From Lingula anatina (taxonomy: Eukaryota > Animalia > Brachiopoda), in contig CM120647.1 of NCBI GenBank assembly GCA_051362555.1, positions 7,936,001 to 8,000,000 of the forward strand: a stretch of 64,000 bases of DNA, in the 5' to 3' direction. The notes beneath the pieces were generated by a model that ran no database searches, had not been told where the DNA came from, and was given only the letters and a program-made list of their open reading frames with translations. Both the position numbers and the translations under genes were made by a program. Each line of letters begins with the position of its first letter. Within the stretch, counting starts at the first letter, position 1. Below, piece by piece: positions 14,025-26,413 of the stretch.

Positions 14025-14255
14025 TAAACCTAAAATTTGATCTTAAATTTTAGACCAAAAGTTTGGTCGTCTGTTTTCAAGGTGCTCCCATAATAATCAA
14101 GTTTATTGAAAAAAGTCTGAAACATTATTCTGGTTCTAAAACAGCATTTTGTTTTATTGGTCTTCTACTGATTTTTCATGGGTCAAAATAAACCAAAATT
14201 TTGATCAGAAAATTTAGACCATTGTACAGGCTAAAGTTCTTTTATGAAATAGTAC
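14025..14255. mobile_element. Degenerate palindromic MITE
   Basis: atctcacaaaagaactt ... aagttcttttatgaaat inverted ends with internal inverted aaatttgatc motifs. Confidence 0.45.
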
Positions 14256-15285
14256 TCTGGACCTGAACTAACTCACAAGAAATAACCTAGCTTGCAACCT
14301 CTTCACGAGGACATGAAATAGCTAATAATATAAGATTATAGAAACCTGAAGTCTATCTATAGAGTCAATAAAATTATATATAATCTCTCACTTTGCTGAC
14401 TAACAATATGGTGCACAAAGTCACATGCAACTAAAACCAATCTATTGGAATGTTTTATAAAGAGATGGCTTTTAGTTTAACAGGCTGCGGATCTTTCTTG
14501 ATATCTTGTCGTTTTGTCTAGATACTAAACCCAATGTAATTATCCTTCCCGTCTAGTTCCAACTTCCAATTATGTGCATCTTGATAACCGTCTAGACTGC
14601 TCTAAAATTAGAACAGACTCGAAGTCAGCTATTTCAAAGGTTTTTTTTTTTTTAATTGGACCTTTTGCTATGAAATCTTTGTGGCCCAGATCTATTCTTA
14701 CCTAGAACAATATTTTCCCATCAAAAAAGTATGCTTGTTCTAACCCCCATGGCTATGAGCCTGTTTAACACTTATGTAATATCCATAACTTACGTACCTT
14801 ATGACATAGCTGTATGATAACCTTAGAACATAACCATACATGTATAATAACCATAACCATGCATGACCCTGCAGTATACAGTAATTACTATCTAAAGTCT
14901 GAAAACTGAAGATATATGCAACTGGGTTTTCTAACTTTTACTGGAAATACAATATAGTCTCAGTCCTGTAATAGATTTAAACTTTTAAAAATTTAGTATG
15001 TGAAATATGACTTGATGACTTTTTAACCTGCATGGCCGGACAACCAGCTGTTTCTCTATTTTAAGCATCTCTGCTGTTTCCAATAATACCCTGAATTTAA
15101 GAGGTAACTGGAAGTGTACCCTCTGTTGATTATTAGTATGCCAGTGTTGTTTTCAGTTTGATGGGCTTGGGTGAATTTTCAGTTACCTCAGAAAGTCAGG
15201 GTTTTGTTGAGGGAAATGTATACAAGGCTTGCTTTATGAGGAGCTTGATCATAACCAAATGGCATGGCATATAAGTAACATTAAC

Positions 15286-15286
<1 letters not shown>

Positions 15287-15330
<44 letters not shown>
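15287..15330. repeat. (ATT)n microsatellite
   Basis: Direct reading. Confidence 0.95.
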
Positions 15331-15331
<1 letters not shown>

Positions 15332-17178
15332 ACATTCATTGAGGACCACAAGAGCATTTTACAGTTTAAATTCTCAACTTCATTGTTCATTTTTATGATT
15401 ATTTACATTACTTATAAAATTAATGAGGAACTCATCAACATTGTGTTACAAAAGCTAGTAGCAGTTGAACAATTTTTCTCATGTATTTGTTTGGTATAAT
15501 TTCTGTATTTCACATACACAGTCATTTTGATAGCTACAATTGATCATACATGACTCTAGAGAAGTTATATGAAGTTATTCGTAAGGTCTGAACCTCTTCC
15601 GAGTGCTCGTGTGTCCTTAATCGCTTCATCTATCAAATAAACGATCCCTTTGAAGACTATTGAGGATAACTTAATGCGTTCTCGTCTGTGTCCTGAAAAC
15701 AAGAGTAACAGTAATATGACCCAGCCATGATCAGCCTCAGTCATTGAACATGCTCTTATAACAGAACTTTTTTTTTTTTTACAAAAGTTAAAACTATTTA
15801 CAGGCATTACCCCCTCCCTTCCCTTCCCCAATCATTTTAGTAACAGGACATTTTACTTACTGGACATTTTCATGTTGATGGTCACTTGATTACTCATCTT
15901 AGTTTAAGTCTTACAAGCAATACATGTATATAACCATAAAATTGTCTGGCACTGGAGACAAGTGCATGTGAGCTCGGTTTTGATTTGGCCTTAGGCTTGA
16001 GAACAGAGAACTCTTGGTGCGAAAACACCAGCATAATTTAACCCTGAACCATTTACGGCCACATTTGGACACATTCTGATGCATGTCTGCTGCTACGGGT
16101 AATAAACTTATTGATTTTCCCTGAGAAATTGGCACGCAGGAACATTTGACAGCTGTGCTGGGGAGATTACTGATGATGATGTGTTGGACCTGTTTACCAA
16201 TAAGATATGTGACTGATACGAGGAGCTTGGCAACAGAAGGTATCAGTGGAGTGGTGGATTTTGGGGAGGGTGAAAGGGGCGGGCATCCGCGACCTGTCAT
16301 TTCTAAAAACGGGACCCTTCCTTCAAATAACCCTGCATCTGCCATTGCAGTAGGTATAGGCTGGACAGTAGGCAGCTTTTGAGATGCCCCCGTTTCCTCT
16401 CTCAACCAGATAAAAATAAAGAAAATAGAGAAAATAATGACCATGAGTGACATCAGACAATTTTTTGTACAATAATGTCCTACAGGATATGGTACCATTT
16501 CCTTCAACCTCAGCCAAGATTCAAGATTGTTTTGCCTCCCCCCCTCCCCTCTCCCCCCAGATCTGCCAGAGCAGAGATGATTTCCAGTAAACACAGCTGA
16601 AGGATAAATATCCTAATATTAGAACCTTCACAACCAAAGAACTTGCAGCAATGCATTCGTTACGGATTCATTGATGAAAGGTTGAAGTCAGCAATTCAAA
16701 GGAAATTATCATGATTGTGCCTTATTTTCAGGGTGATTGACTTTTTTTCCCTTGTTCATCACCTTGAGTGCAATGCCCCCATTTTATTTATTATTTATAT
16801 TGTTCAGTATGTCAATTGTGACACCCCCATTTCATTTCAATAACAATACCCTTATTTCATTTGTAGTATGAAATATTTAAATCATTATACCCGTTTCTAT
16901 TTAACAATGACAGTACTTACCACTATGTAGTTTAAATTATCTGATAGGTGATACCCTTATTTTTAATGAACAATGCATCGGTTTTATTTGTTATCCAGTG
17001 TTTAATGAATAATAATATTTCTGTTTCATTTTCAGTCATAAACCATATGTTGTAGCTAATATATTTATATTTATCTATTATATATTGTCCACATTTTATA
17101 ATACATCATTACAATTTATTATATTTAGTCATTTTGTAGTGCCTCATTTTGAATCGCATACCATTTTCCTCGTTCAAG

Positions 17179-17303
17179 ATTATCCTGATCAGCCCTCATC
17201 TGCCTCTTTGCGTCACAAACGCCCCAGTATCTCGATCACCTCACCTGGGTCACCTGGTACGAGTCCACGCAGAGTGTCACCGCTGCCCTGTGGACAGATA
17301 CAG
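17179..17303 (+). CDS. RIMS: RIM exon before C2A (DYPDQ...KRPSISITSPGSPG...GQIQ)
   Basis: KRPSIS.TSP.SP motif typical of RIM; ttcaag| ... cag|gtgagt. Confidence 0.92.
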
Positions 17304-17327
17304 GTGAGTCACAGATTGTGTTAGCTG

Positions 17328-17520
17328 AGAGATGTTGTCACACCTAACGCATTCAGTGGTTCATAGCACAGCTGTGAGAAGTTTGATTGTGTTAGTTGTG
17401 ACTGTAGAGATACTGTCACACCTAACGCATTCAGTGTTTTTTAGCACAGCTATGAGAGGTTCATGAATGTGCAAGTTGTGGCTATAGAGATGGTGTCATA
17501 ACTAGCACATTCAGTGGTTT
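17328..17520. repeat. ~79-bp tandem repeat, ~2.4 copies
   Basis: gagat..tgtcacacctaacgcattcagtg recurs at ~17329, ~17408, ~17487. Confidence 0.8.
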
Positions 17521-17791
17521 TATCAAGAATTGTCAAGTGCATGACTTGAGCTCATAGACAATAATTAAAGAATTATGGTAATTGATAATTCTCAAATAGG
17601 ATACCCACATTTAGTTAAGTTTTTATTATGAGAAATATATGAAATATTAAACTTTATACCATCTGTATGCATGTGAGCATGTGATTCTAATTTTGTTTAT
17701 TTTACTGAAATTACTAGTGGATGAACAGAACATACATGTACACCTTGAATGTAAATAAATCCTGAGTGACTTTGATCCTTTCTCTCTGCAG

Positions 17792-17922
17792 ATCAAGTTA
17801 TGGTACGAGAGCCGAAATGAACAGCTGATAGTCACCATTCTCAGTGCTATTGAGCTGCCGTGTCTAGAGCAGTCCACTCCGCCAAACCCCTTTGTGAAAG
17901 TCTACCTGCTTCCAGATAGAAG
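17792..17922 (+). CDS. RIMS: RIM C2A exon 1 (IKLWYESRNEQLIVTILSA...NPFVKVYLLPDRS)
   Basis: C2A signature; ctgcag| ... ag|gtaagt. Confidence 0.95.
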
Positions 17923-18257
17923 GTAAGTGGTTTTACCCACTCTTCCCTCGTTTTTCCCTTTCCCTATAAGCTAGCCACACCTTTTGTGTCATTATGCTAG
18001 GAAGTGGCCACTCTTTAAAAGTCTTCACAATTTCTGGTAGAAGGTCACATGTTAAGTGCCATTGAGTGACCTTATGTAGAGATGGCCAAACTTTGTTCTG
18101 TACTAGTATGTAGAAAAAAGTGAAATATATAGCAAAACTCACTAGACAAACCTACACTGCTTGTTGGTTATTTGACAGTCTCTTAATAATTAACATATTT
18201 ATTTATTTTATTCACTTAATTGTTTATTTATTTATTTATTTATTTATTTATTTTCAG

Positions 18258-18423
18258 TGCTAAAGTCCCCCACAAGACTAAACCCGTAGCCCATACTGTG
18301 GAACCCACCTGGAACGAGACCTTCGTGTTCCCAGGACTGCGACAAGTCGACTTCCACAAGCGCGCCCTGGAGGTGACGGTGTGGAACTACTCCAGGAATA
18401 GGAATAGTGAACTAATTGGAGAG
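18258..18423 (+). CDS. RIMS: RIM C2A exon 2 (KTKPVAHTVEPTWNETFVF...ALEVTVWN...LIGE)
   Basis: C2 motif; tttcag| ... gag|gtaaat. Confidence 0.95.
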
Positions 18424-18836
18424 GTAAATATATTGTGGGAAGCTGGGTGAAACTTCTCTTATAAATAAGAACAATGAACCAATTGGAGAGATAAATATAA
18501 TTTGATAGTCTCGGATTACGACTTTGACTTGTATCTTTTCAGTGGGGAAAAAATATCAAATTTTCAAACACATGGTTTTGATAGCAGTAAAATATGTTGC
18601 TTTGAATCATTTGTGGTTATTTTGCTGAATTAAATGAAATTATAAGGTAGCCCAGTTTTCAGTTTTCCCATTTCAGTGGGAATATTCTAATTTTAAGAAT
18701 TTATGACTCAAAAAAATTTAGTATCTATAAAATTCACAATTCTCCCATTCAAAAAGATTGAGTCATTACAGTAACCTCACTTTTCGTAGAGAAGAAAAAA
18801 AAAACAGACTAATAAAAATACCATTTCCCAATCCAG

Positions 18837-18938
18837 GTGCTAATAGAGCTGTCAAGTGCCTGCCTTACAGATGAACCATACTTCTATCCTCTCAGTCGTA
18901 GAGAAGAGGAGGCCTCCACACCATCAACGCCACGTGGG
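18837..18938 (+). CDS. RIMS: RIM C2A exon 3 (VLIELSSACLTDEPYFYPL...)
   Basis: Matches the end of RIM C2A (ILIEL..A.LDDEP.WY.L); tccag| ... |gtgagt. Confidence 0.92.
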
Positions 18939-19296
18939 GTGAGTTACATCATGTGACTTGACATGATCTTAAGCTTGCATTGTCGGTATCTCAGCTTTTC
19001 ATTTCATTATATTAACGTTATATTACAATATATCTGGAATAAATTTTTTTCTTGTTTATAAGAAATCTTTAAGTTACATAATTGTTATTCTAAGACAGGA
19101 TGGATATGTAATTTGAAGGCAATTTGTCAGAAATGTAGCTTTGACCTCTATGGCATATCATTGTATTGATTAAGTTTCTGTGAATAATTTATAACAAATT
19201 TTTATTCTAGTTTACAATTATCTGTTACGCAGCAGAAGTCTTAGAGAGTATTCTACTGAAAATATACCTTATTTCATTTTCCAATTATCTAAGCAG

Positions 19297-19402
19297 CAGA
19301 AGTCTAGAAGAGGGGATCCATATGACCTGCCTGGGAGTGGGGGTCTGCCGTACACCGACAGTGACATCTCAGATTACGATGACAGTGTAGGAGTTGTGTC
19401 AG
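19297..19402 (+). CDS. RIMS: RIM exon (..DSDISDYDDSVGVVS); NAGNAGNAG acceptor
   Basis: SD.SDYD..GVV motif of RIM; g|gtaagg donor; start could be 19294, 19297 or 19300. Confidence 0.88.
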
Positions 19403-21443
19403 GTAAGGACATGTCACATCTAACACAATTAGTCATGTGACAGTTGACATTCATTCATGACATTTGACAAGTACAGCCATTTGATGTGTGACATCTAGGA
19501 AATCTGTCATTTGATATGATATGATACAATTTTTCATGTGATGGCTCACACAAAGCTGTTAGCATGTGGCATAAGTGTGTCATTTGACATGTGACATCTG
19601 TCACAGTCAGTTGACATACAATACTTGACACTAAGCTTATTAATTAATGCATCTCAGTTTTGCTGACAATTCCAAAATATGAATGTAATACATATTTGTA
19701 CTTATGGGGATTGATGGTCATTTTTGCATCTCTGGTTGGGTTTTACTAATTTAATCTGCTTTTCTTAGGAAGTAGTCTGGGTGCTTGCTCCCAAATTTTG
19801 GTGATGTGTCCTCTCCTCTGTCTTTTAGACAACATTGATATAATTTGGTCAATGTAGTACAGATAAACTCACTGTCTTTTTTTTTTTTTTTTTCATTAAT
19901 AATATTGCGTGAATTAGGTGATGTTCAATGATTTTGAAATGTAAAAATCTCATTAACCTCATTTCCAAGTAAGGGCATAAACAAATAATAAGATATAATA
20001 AAAATAAGGAAAAAGCAAAGACTTCGGAAATGATTTGAAGCCTACAGTACCCTAACTTTATTATCTGACAAATAAAGATCACAATTCTCTGTGCCTGTTC
20101 CAGTTTATTGTGTAGCACCATATTAATAATAACTGAAAGCATGACACCATTGTGATTAGATTGAAAATTCATGTCTTAGAAGGTCAGTATTATGTCCATG
20201 TAAAATGGTCACTTTGTTGAGCCCTTCAGCACCCATATATTTCATTGGTCTAGATATTGTGCTACAATAGTATTGGATGCCAGTGACATGAACAGTTACA
20301 GTAGATGCAGCCTCACTTGTTTACAAGGAAACCAGCATGTTTGTAAAATTATAAATATTATAAATTTCCCGAACTCTGCAGCATGATGAGAGAAAGTCCA
20401 AAATTTTGTGTTATAGAGAAAAATGAGGTGGGAAGAAGAGTAGAAAGGCATCCTTTAATGACCCGCAAAGTTGATTCAGAAGTCGTAATTGTTATGAGAG
20501 AAAAAGTGATACTTTTTGAAAAAATTTTGGGAATGACATTCATTTGTCTATTTGCATTTTTGTCTAAAATATGGCCAATGATAGACTTTTTAATGCTTTT
20601 GCAATGGGCATGAAGAAATTGTGCCTCCCTCACTGAGAATCATCGAATTAGCAATAAAGCCCTCAAAAACTGGTCAGCAATTTTGGATAGGGTGCTCCGA
20701 TTCCATGGTCACTGTGATGTATGAAAACTTTCTGGTCAAGAATTTCTTTGGATTTAGTCATCATAATCTTTTGCTATATAAAGGTGTAGACTGATTTAAA
20801 ACAAAGATGTCTGGTCATATTTAGTTGCAATAAAAATATTGATTTAATGTTCGAAAGATAATTTTTTGAATGTGATGCTGTGTACGTATGTGCATGTGTG
20901 TTAATTTGTTAATATAATTACTTAATGACATAATTGAAATGCAATGTCAAATTATAAGGAATGTACATTGGTCTTCATGATTTTATTCAAAGAATTTTAA
21001 CATTTATTTCAAAGTCTCCTTATGTCTGTCTAAGCTACTTCTGATTATATTTGAGTTAAGATTTTAAAGAGTCCCTCCTTCTGTTTTCTTTGTAAGTCTA
21101 CTAGACTTGTTTTTTTAAATATATTTATATAATCTAGGCATGTTTTTGTATGTGTTCTAGTATGTAATAAATAACACAGTTTGGATAACAATGATTTTTC
21201 ATATCTGTAGCTCTTTCCTCAATCACAATGGATATGATGAAGTAGTTCAAATCTTAAAGACAAAAAAAAAGACTAAGGATGCTGACAGCTTCACTTTTTT
21301 TAACAAATAATATTTTTCAGTCATTTGCCTCATAAACATACAGACACTTAAAGAATATTTACAGTAACGTTCTGAAACCAACATTTCCCCTCTTTGAAAA
21401 TGTTAATTCGGTATCACTTTTTCCATGGTCTAACCCTACATAG

Positions 21444-21578
21444 GCTATAGTGGGCGTGGGGATGGTGCTAGCGTTAGCTCCATGGGTAGCTCCTGTCCGG
21501 GCAGCGAGGAATTTTCAGACATCAGTAGCGAAAGAATGACCCAAAGAGAGCAGGAACGCCTGCCCTCTCCCTTGCCTG
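21444..21578 (+). CDS. RIMS: RIM exon (GYSGRGDGASVSSMGSSCPGSEEFSDISSER...)
   Basis: catag| ... g|gtagga; phase 1 to 1, open frame. Confidence 0.8.
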
Positions 21579-23509
21579 GTAGGATATTATGGGATGTTGA
21601 CTTGATGTTGCCATGGAAACCCCCACTGTGTTGCTGCATGTTTCAGTGCCCCCTATGTATCTGTATTTACATTGGCACTAGTTGTTCATTATACTAACAA
21701 CTATACATTCCATCCTATTAGTTGTTAATTATATATAACTAACATTGCTTCCTCTAATTGTCACACGGCTACGATGAATTCGACTTTGCATTTGTCACCC
21801 TTCAGTGTTAGTGAAATTGCTGCTGCAAATAGTACATGTTTTTAGTGAGGCAGTCTGCATTTGTTGTTGTCATAATTGTCACTCGGCTTGCTTCCCGTCG
21901 CTGTCTGTCCCCATCCTTGTGTTAACATTTACAATGTCAACGCATTGTCACATGCTTAACTTCCATTGCTGCATCTTAAAACTGCTTCCACCAAGTCGCA
22001 AGTTGGGATTTTGTTTTTCTGTCCTTTGTAACTTAAGATACCATATCACCTTAATACAACATATTAATTCCTTTTGAATCCTTTTCTAAACCAATCTGTG
22101 GTAAAAAAAGAAAATGTATAACCTAAACACCACAGTACTTTAGATTTTATTATGTACCACTATTTTCTTTGGATTTCTGTTAATGAAATTATGCTATGAG
22201 ATCAAGGAAATTCTGTCGATAAAATGGTTCCTACAGGTAGATGTATGAAATGTTAAGGATGTCCCATACTGAATTGGTTAATAATTGACAGGTGGGATAT
22301 ATATTTTTTTTTTTTGGGGGGGGGGTCGATGAACATCTGCCAGATTTATTAGCAGTTTAAACTACATTGATTCTTGAGTGGGATTGTTTAATAATTAACA
22401 GATTTATTAATTATTTTTTTGTGGGGGTAGGTATAAGGTAAAAACTATGAAGATATACATGTAGGAAATTAAAGGCAATAATCACTTTACATACCATTAG
22501 AGAAATGTCACTGCTTGGGTAGCTAGGTTGAACATTAGATTGATCATGACTGATGGGTAGAGATGGAAAGAGAAATTCTTGGAAATCAGTTTTAAGAGAC
22601 TTGAGGCATGATGATTTGGTCTTTCTTTACCATTTAATGCAATAGGCAATGAAGAAATTACTTCATTATTATATCTTGATGCTAATAAAAAAATCAGGAG
22701 GTATTTTAATGGGCAATTAAGATCAGGTCTCATACATTGTTACTTCCCTTTTTAATTGTCCTAAATATTGAGGACACTTTATCCACTCTGTTCTGTTCCA
22801 GTAATGAAGAGTTTAATTATGATTCACAATAATGTAAATCTTGAATACCATTCCAGCTTTAATACCATCCAAAAGAAGCGTAATGCATCTTTACTACACA
22901 GCATCTAAACATTTTGCAAAATGCTGTCAAGCATCAATATACAATTAATTTTATTTTATTAATATATCCCAAAACATGAAATGGGATATTTTTGTGGTTC
23001 TTTTAGACCTTATGATGTAGTTTATCTCAGTTATGTTGCTGCTTTTTTTGTACATTAATGCCAGGCTTCAATTTTCACTGAATGTGCAAGAGGAACAATT
23101 TCTCTTTCTGTAATTAATTATTTTACAATTTCTGATAAGTGTTTTATTTTAAATAACAGTGTATCAGTGATATAGGAATAAAAGCATGCTACTATTGCTA
23201 CTGTTTTTATTATTTGCTTTATGTTCACAGCTATTTTGTGGTTTATTTTTGATATACATCCATTCTATTAACCTTACATATCAGCATATGTGGAATATTT
23301 TATATTACTCGGAACTATCTCTTCATTAATTGGCCTTGCACTTACTTAACTTGACTTCATTATATTTTTGAATGTTTTTAATACTTTTACTCAGGTTTTC
23401 AACTTGTTTATTTCAGAATTAAAAAAGTTAACAACATGTAGTTTAAAAACTTGTTTATATTATATGATACATTTTTCATGGACAACTTCTGGTTTCTCTG
23501 TCACTTTAG

Positions 23510-23747
23510 GCCAAGAAGAGCTTCAGCACCGAGGTAGGAAATACTCAGTTGGGGACACGTTAACAGTTCCAGAAAATGCCGCAGGAAGGCACAAGACACG
23601 GGGGACGGGAAATGGAGAGATTGCCTACGACCAGAGACAACAGAGGTCAAGATCACCTGGTCGCCAACGAGTTCCAGACGGAGGCTTGAGGGAGGAGCGT
23701 GAAAGGGGTCGTGACCGAGAGAGGGTGTTGTCACCCTCAGAAATGAG
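23510..23747 (+). CDS. RIMS: RIM exon (..GDTLTVPEN..RSRSP..ERVLSPSEMR)
   Basis: TLTVPE and RSRSP motifs as in RIM; tttag| ... ag|gtgagg. Confidence 0.9.
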
Positions 23748-23861
23748 GTGAGGGCTGTAAAATATTTTTAAAGAGACAGTTGGATTTTAAGAACCAAGAG
23801 ACCATCCAAGATGTTCAGCACACTGAAAAAATATAATTAATAGATGATGGTTTTCTTTCAG

Positions 23862-23933
23862 AGCTGCACGGGAAGAGATTGAGCTACAGCGGGAACGTGT
23901 GGCAGCTATCATGTTAGCTGAGGCAGAGCTTAG
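23862..23933 (+). CDS. RIMS: RIM repeat cassette exon 1 (AAREEIELQRERVAAIMLAEAELR), 72 nt
   Basis: tttcag| ... ag|gtgatt; phase 2-2, no stop. Confidence 0.75.
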
Positions 23934-24193
23934 GTGATTTAAGCCGTTGCAGTGTCTCTGTGTGCTGTTTTCTGATGGATGTTCTTTTTCTTTTTTTCAA
24001 GTAAAATCTTTTCAGGCTCATACTTAAGTGCTGTGCATGGTTCATCATGATGATTTTTTTCTTTTGAAAAAAATTCATGTGATATTATATTACATTATAT
24101 TATTTGTAATTTATAAACAAGTTATGCTGAGGATATATAGTATTATTTTTCAAGCATTTGTTGCAAGGTTTCATGTTAAGAAAAATGTTTCAG

Positions 24194-24268
24194 AGCTCAC
24201 CATGCCAACCAAGATGAGAGAAAACTTTTGCAAGAAAGAGAAAATTCCATCTTGCCATCAGAAGTGAG
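24194..24268 (+). CDS. RIMS: RIM repeat cassette exon 2 (AHHANQDERKLLQERENSILPSEVR), 75 nt
   Basis: tttcag| ... ag|gtataa; phase 2-2. Confidence 0.72.
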
Positions 24269-24730
24269 GTATAACAAAGTGACACTTATTTTGCAATGGA
24301 CTGCAATACATGTTGAATTTGACTAGTCTAGTTGTTATTCATCTGAATAAAGTGGTGGCTGTAGAATTTGGAAGTCAGTTCAGACAGGGACAGAATGGAC
24401 TGATTTGGGGGGGGGGGGCACTGAGCATCCAGGTTTATGAATCCGGTATGTTGGTGTCTTTGACACCACAGGGTGTATTCATAAGTATAGTGAGTGACAC
24501 AATTGTATCTCAAACACTAATTTATCCAAGCAGTCAATAGGGTTTTCTCTTGGTGAAAGTTGGTTGGTTTTTGGTCCAAGCAAACCTGTCTGAACACACC
24601 TTTAGAGTGATATTTGCTTCAAGAGGTTTTCAGATTATTAATGAATAAAGTGATTCTGATCAATTATGAGCTTACTTTATGCTAAAGTTGTACTTCAGTC
24701 TGTAGTTAGGGCTATAGTTTTAACTTTCAG

Positions 24731-24793
24731 AGGAATAGTAGCAGAGAGAGGAAAAAATCGAATTCTGGAGGAAATGATATCACCAGAAGTGAG
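24731..24793 (+). CDS. RIMS: RIM repeat cassette exon 3 (GIVAERGKNRILEEMISPEVR), 63 nt
   Basis: tttcag| ... ag|gtgatt; phase 2-2. Confidence 0.75.
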
Positions 24794-25245
24794 GTGATTT
24801 TATTCATTTTTTTGATAATTATTTTTATTATTATTTTTTTTTGTGGTGACTTTGCTAGATTTGTGTGGGGATTGATATTTTATGGAGATGTTTCTTTATA
24901 TTCCAGATTCTATTTGTATTTAATTGGAGATTGAAGATATTATTTTTATTACCCAAAGCAGCTGTCTCAGTACGGTATATACCACCATTCCAACTAGGCA
25001 GCAGTCAAGAGAAATTGACTTTTTTTCAAACAATTTCTCAGTGTTTTATAATATTTATTTGCCAATACATCTTATTTGCAAATGCATTTTGATCACAAGA
25101 GAGTTGGATATTTTTTTTTTCAATCAGCGTTAATAGTAACAAGTGGATCATTATCAAGCTCATTTTACTTCATAAGTAACATACAAATTTAATTTGAAAA
25201 ATCTACTTTTTTTAATAGCTTGTTTTCATATTTTTATGTCCATAG

Positions 25246-25317
25246 AAGAATTCACCACACAGAGAAGGATGTATCATGGGAGAGAGGACATACCATGAAC
25301 ATACTCTCAGAAATGAG
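25246..25317 (+). CDS. RIMS: RIM repeat cassette exon 4 (RIHHTEKDVSWERGHTMNILSEMR), 72 nt
   Basis: ccatag| ... ag|gtgatt; phase 2-2. Confidence 0.72.
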
Positions 25318-25604
25318 GTGATTTCTTTGAGAGACTGCTTCTTTGTTTTATTTATTTTATAGAATTTAACCTATTTATTGTCATTATTATTGTTATTATT
25401 ATTATTATTATAAAAAATAATTGTTATTATTATCATCTAAACCTTCAGACTGCATCATTTATGTTATCTGTTCTTTTAAAGAAATCCTCCATTTTAATTG
25501 CCTCCTGTTGGTAAGAGTTGACTGAAAAATATTTTAACAAGTTACTTTTTATGTAGAAATATTGTAGAAATATTGTTTTAATTCAGTTTGCTTTTTGTAA
25601 CAAG

Positions 25605-25673
25605 GGGTATGGTAGCAGAAAGAGAAGAGAGAACTCTGGAGAGAGAAATGAGGGCCGTTTCTCCAGAAATGAG
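25605..25673 (+). CDS. RIMS: RIM repeat cassette exon 5 (GMVAEREERTLEREMRAVSPEMR), 69 nt
   Basis: acaag| ... ag|gtgatt; clearly paralogous to exon 3. Confidence 0.72.
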
Positions 25674-25884
25674 GTGATTTCTCAACAGATTTTAACCCAT
25701 TTTCCATTTTAGAAACTATCATATTAATTTGATTTTGAAAAGTAATATATCAGTTTGTTTGCATTTTAGTGAGAAATTACTCTATTTGTTTCACATAAAG
25801 GACGTTTTCACATCTTTGTTAGTCAGTTTGTGGTGAGAATTTTTAACCTAGATTCAACTTAGAAAAGTTTTTTCTTACCAATAG

Positions 25885-25962
25885 AGGGAGCCAGTCCCCA
25901 AGACTAAAGAGGGAGAGAAGCCGGGAGTTAGAAAACAATATGAATCTTACTCTCGACTTAAG
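25885..25962 (+). CDS. RIMS: RIM repeat cassette exon 6 (GSQSPRLKRERSRELENNMNLTLDLR), 78 nt
   Basis: caatag| ... ag|gtgatt; phase 2-2. Confidence 0.7.
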
Positions 25963-26326
25963 GTGATTGCAAAATGTTTACTGCAGTGTAATTTTGGTTT
26001 GATCATTATACCTGTAATTTATCTTTATTTTTGATTAGACATTTTGTGTGTTTGTGAGTGCTGCATTGACTGCATGTTTCTTCCAGTTATTATTTTAAAC
26101 AGATGCAGTATGATGAATTAAAAAAGAATTAACAGCTATATTGATTCTCTGTGCCGTGTGTATATATTTTTATAATAATTTTTTTTTTAATATTCATTTT
26201 CAGAGTGTACAATAACATGTTATCTTTTCCACCTTTATAAGAACATTTACCTGCCATTAATTGATTTCTGGCAGTTTAAGCTTAATACCAGTACTTTTAA
26301 AGTTTTAATAAATATTTTGGTTTCAG

Positions 26327-26413
26327 AGGAGTGACAGACAGTAGAGATAGAGAGGAGAGAGAGAGGGGGAGAGAGAGGGAGAGGAACAGGATGAATCAAC
26401 CCACGAACATTAG
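26327..26413 (+). CDS. RIMS: RIM repeat cassette exon 7 (GVTDSRDREERERGRERERNRMNQPTNIR), 87 nt
   Basis: tttcag| ... ag|gtgatg; phase 2-2. Confidence 0.72.

Noticed and set aside
26204-26260. Possible ninth array exon (tttcag|agtg...)
   Set aside because: No AG|GT donor like the others and an in-frame stop.
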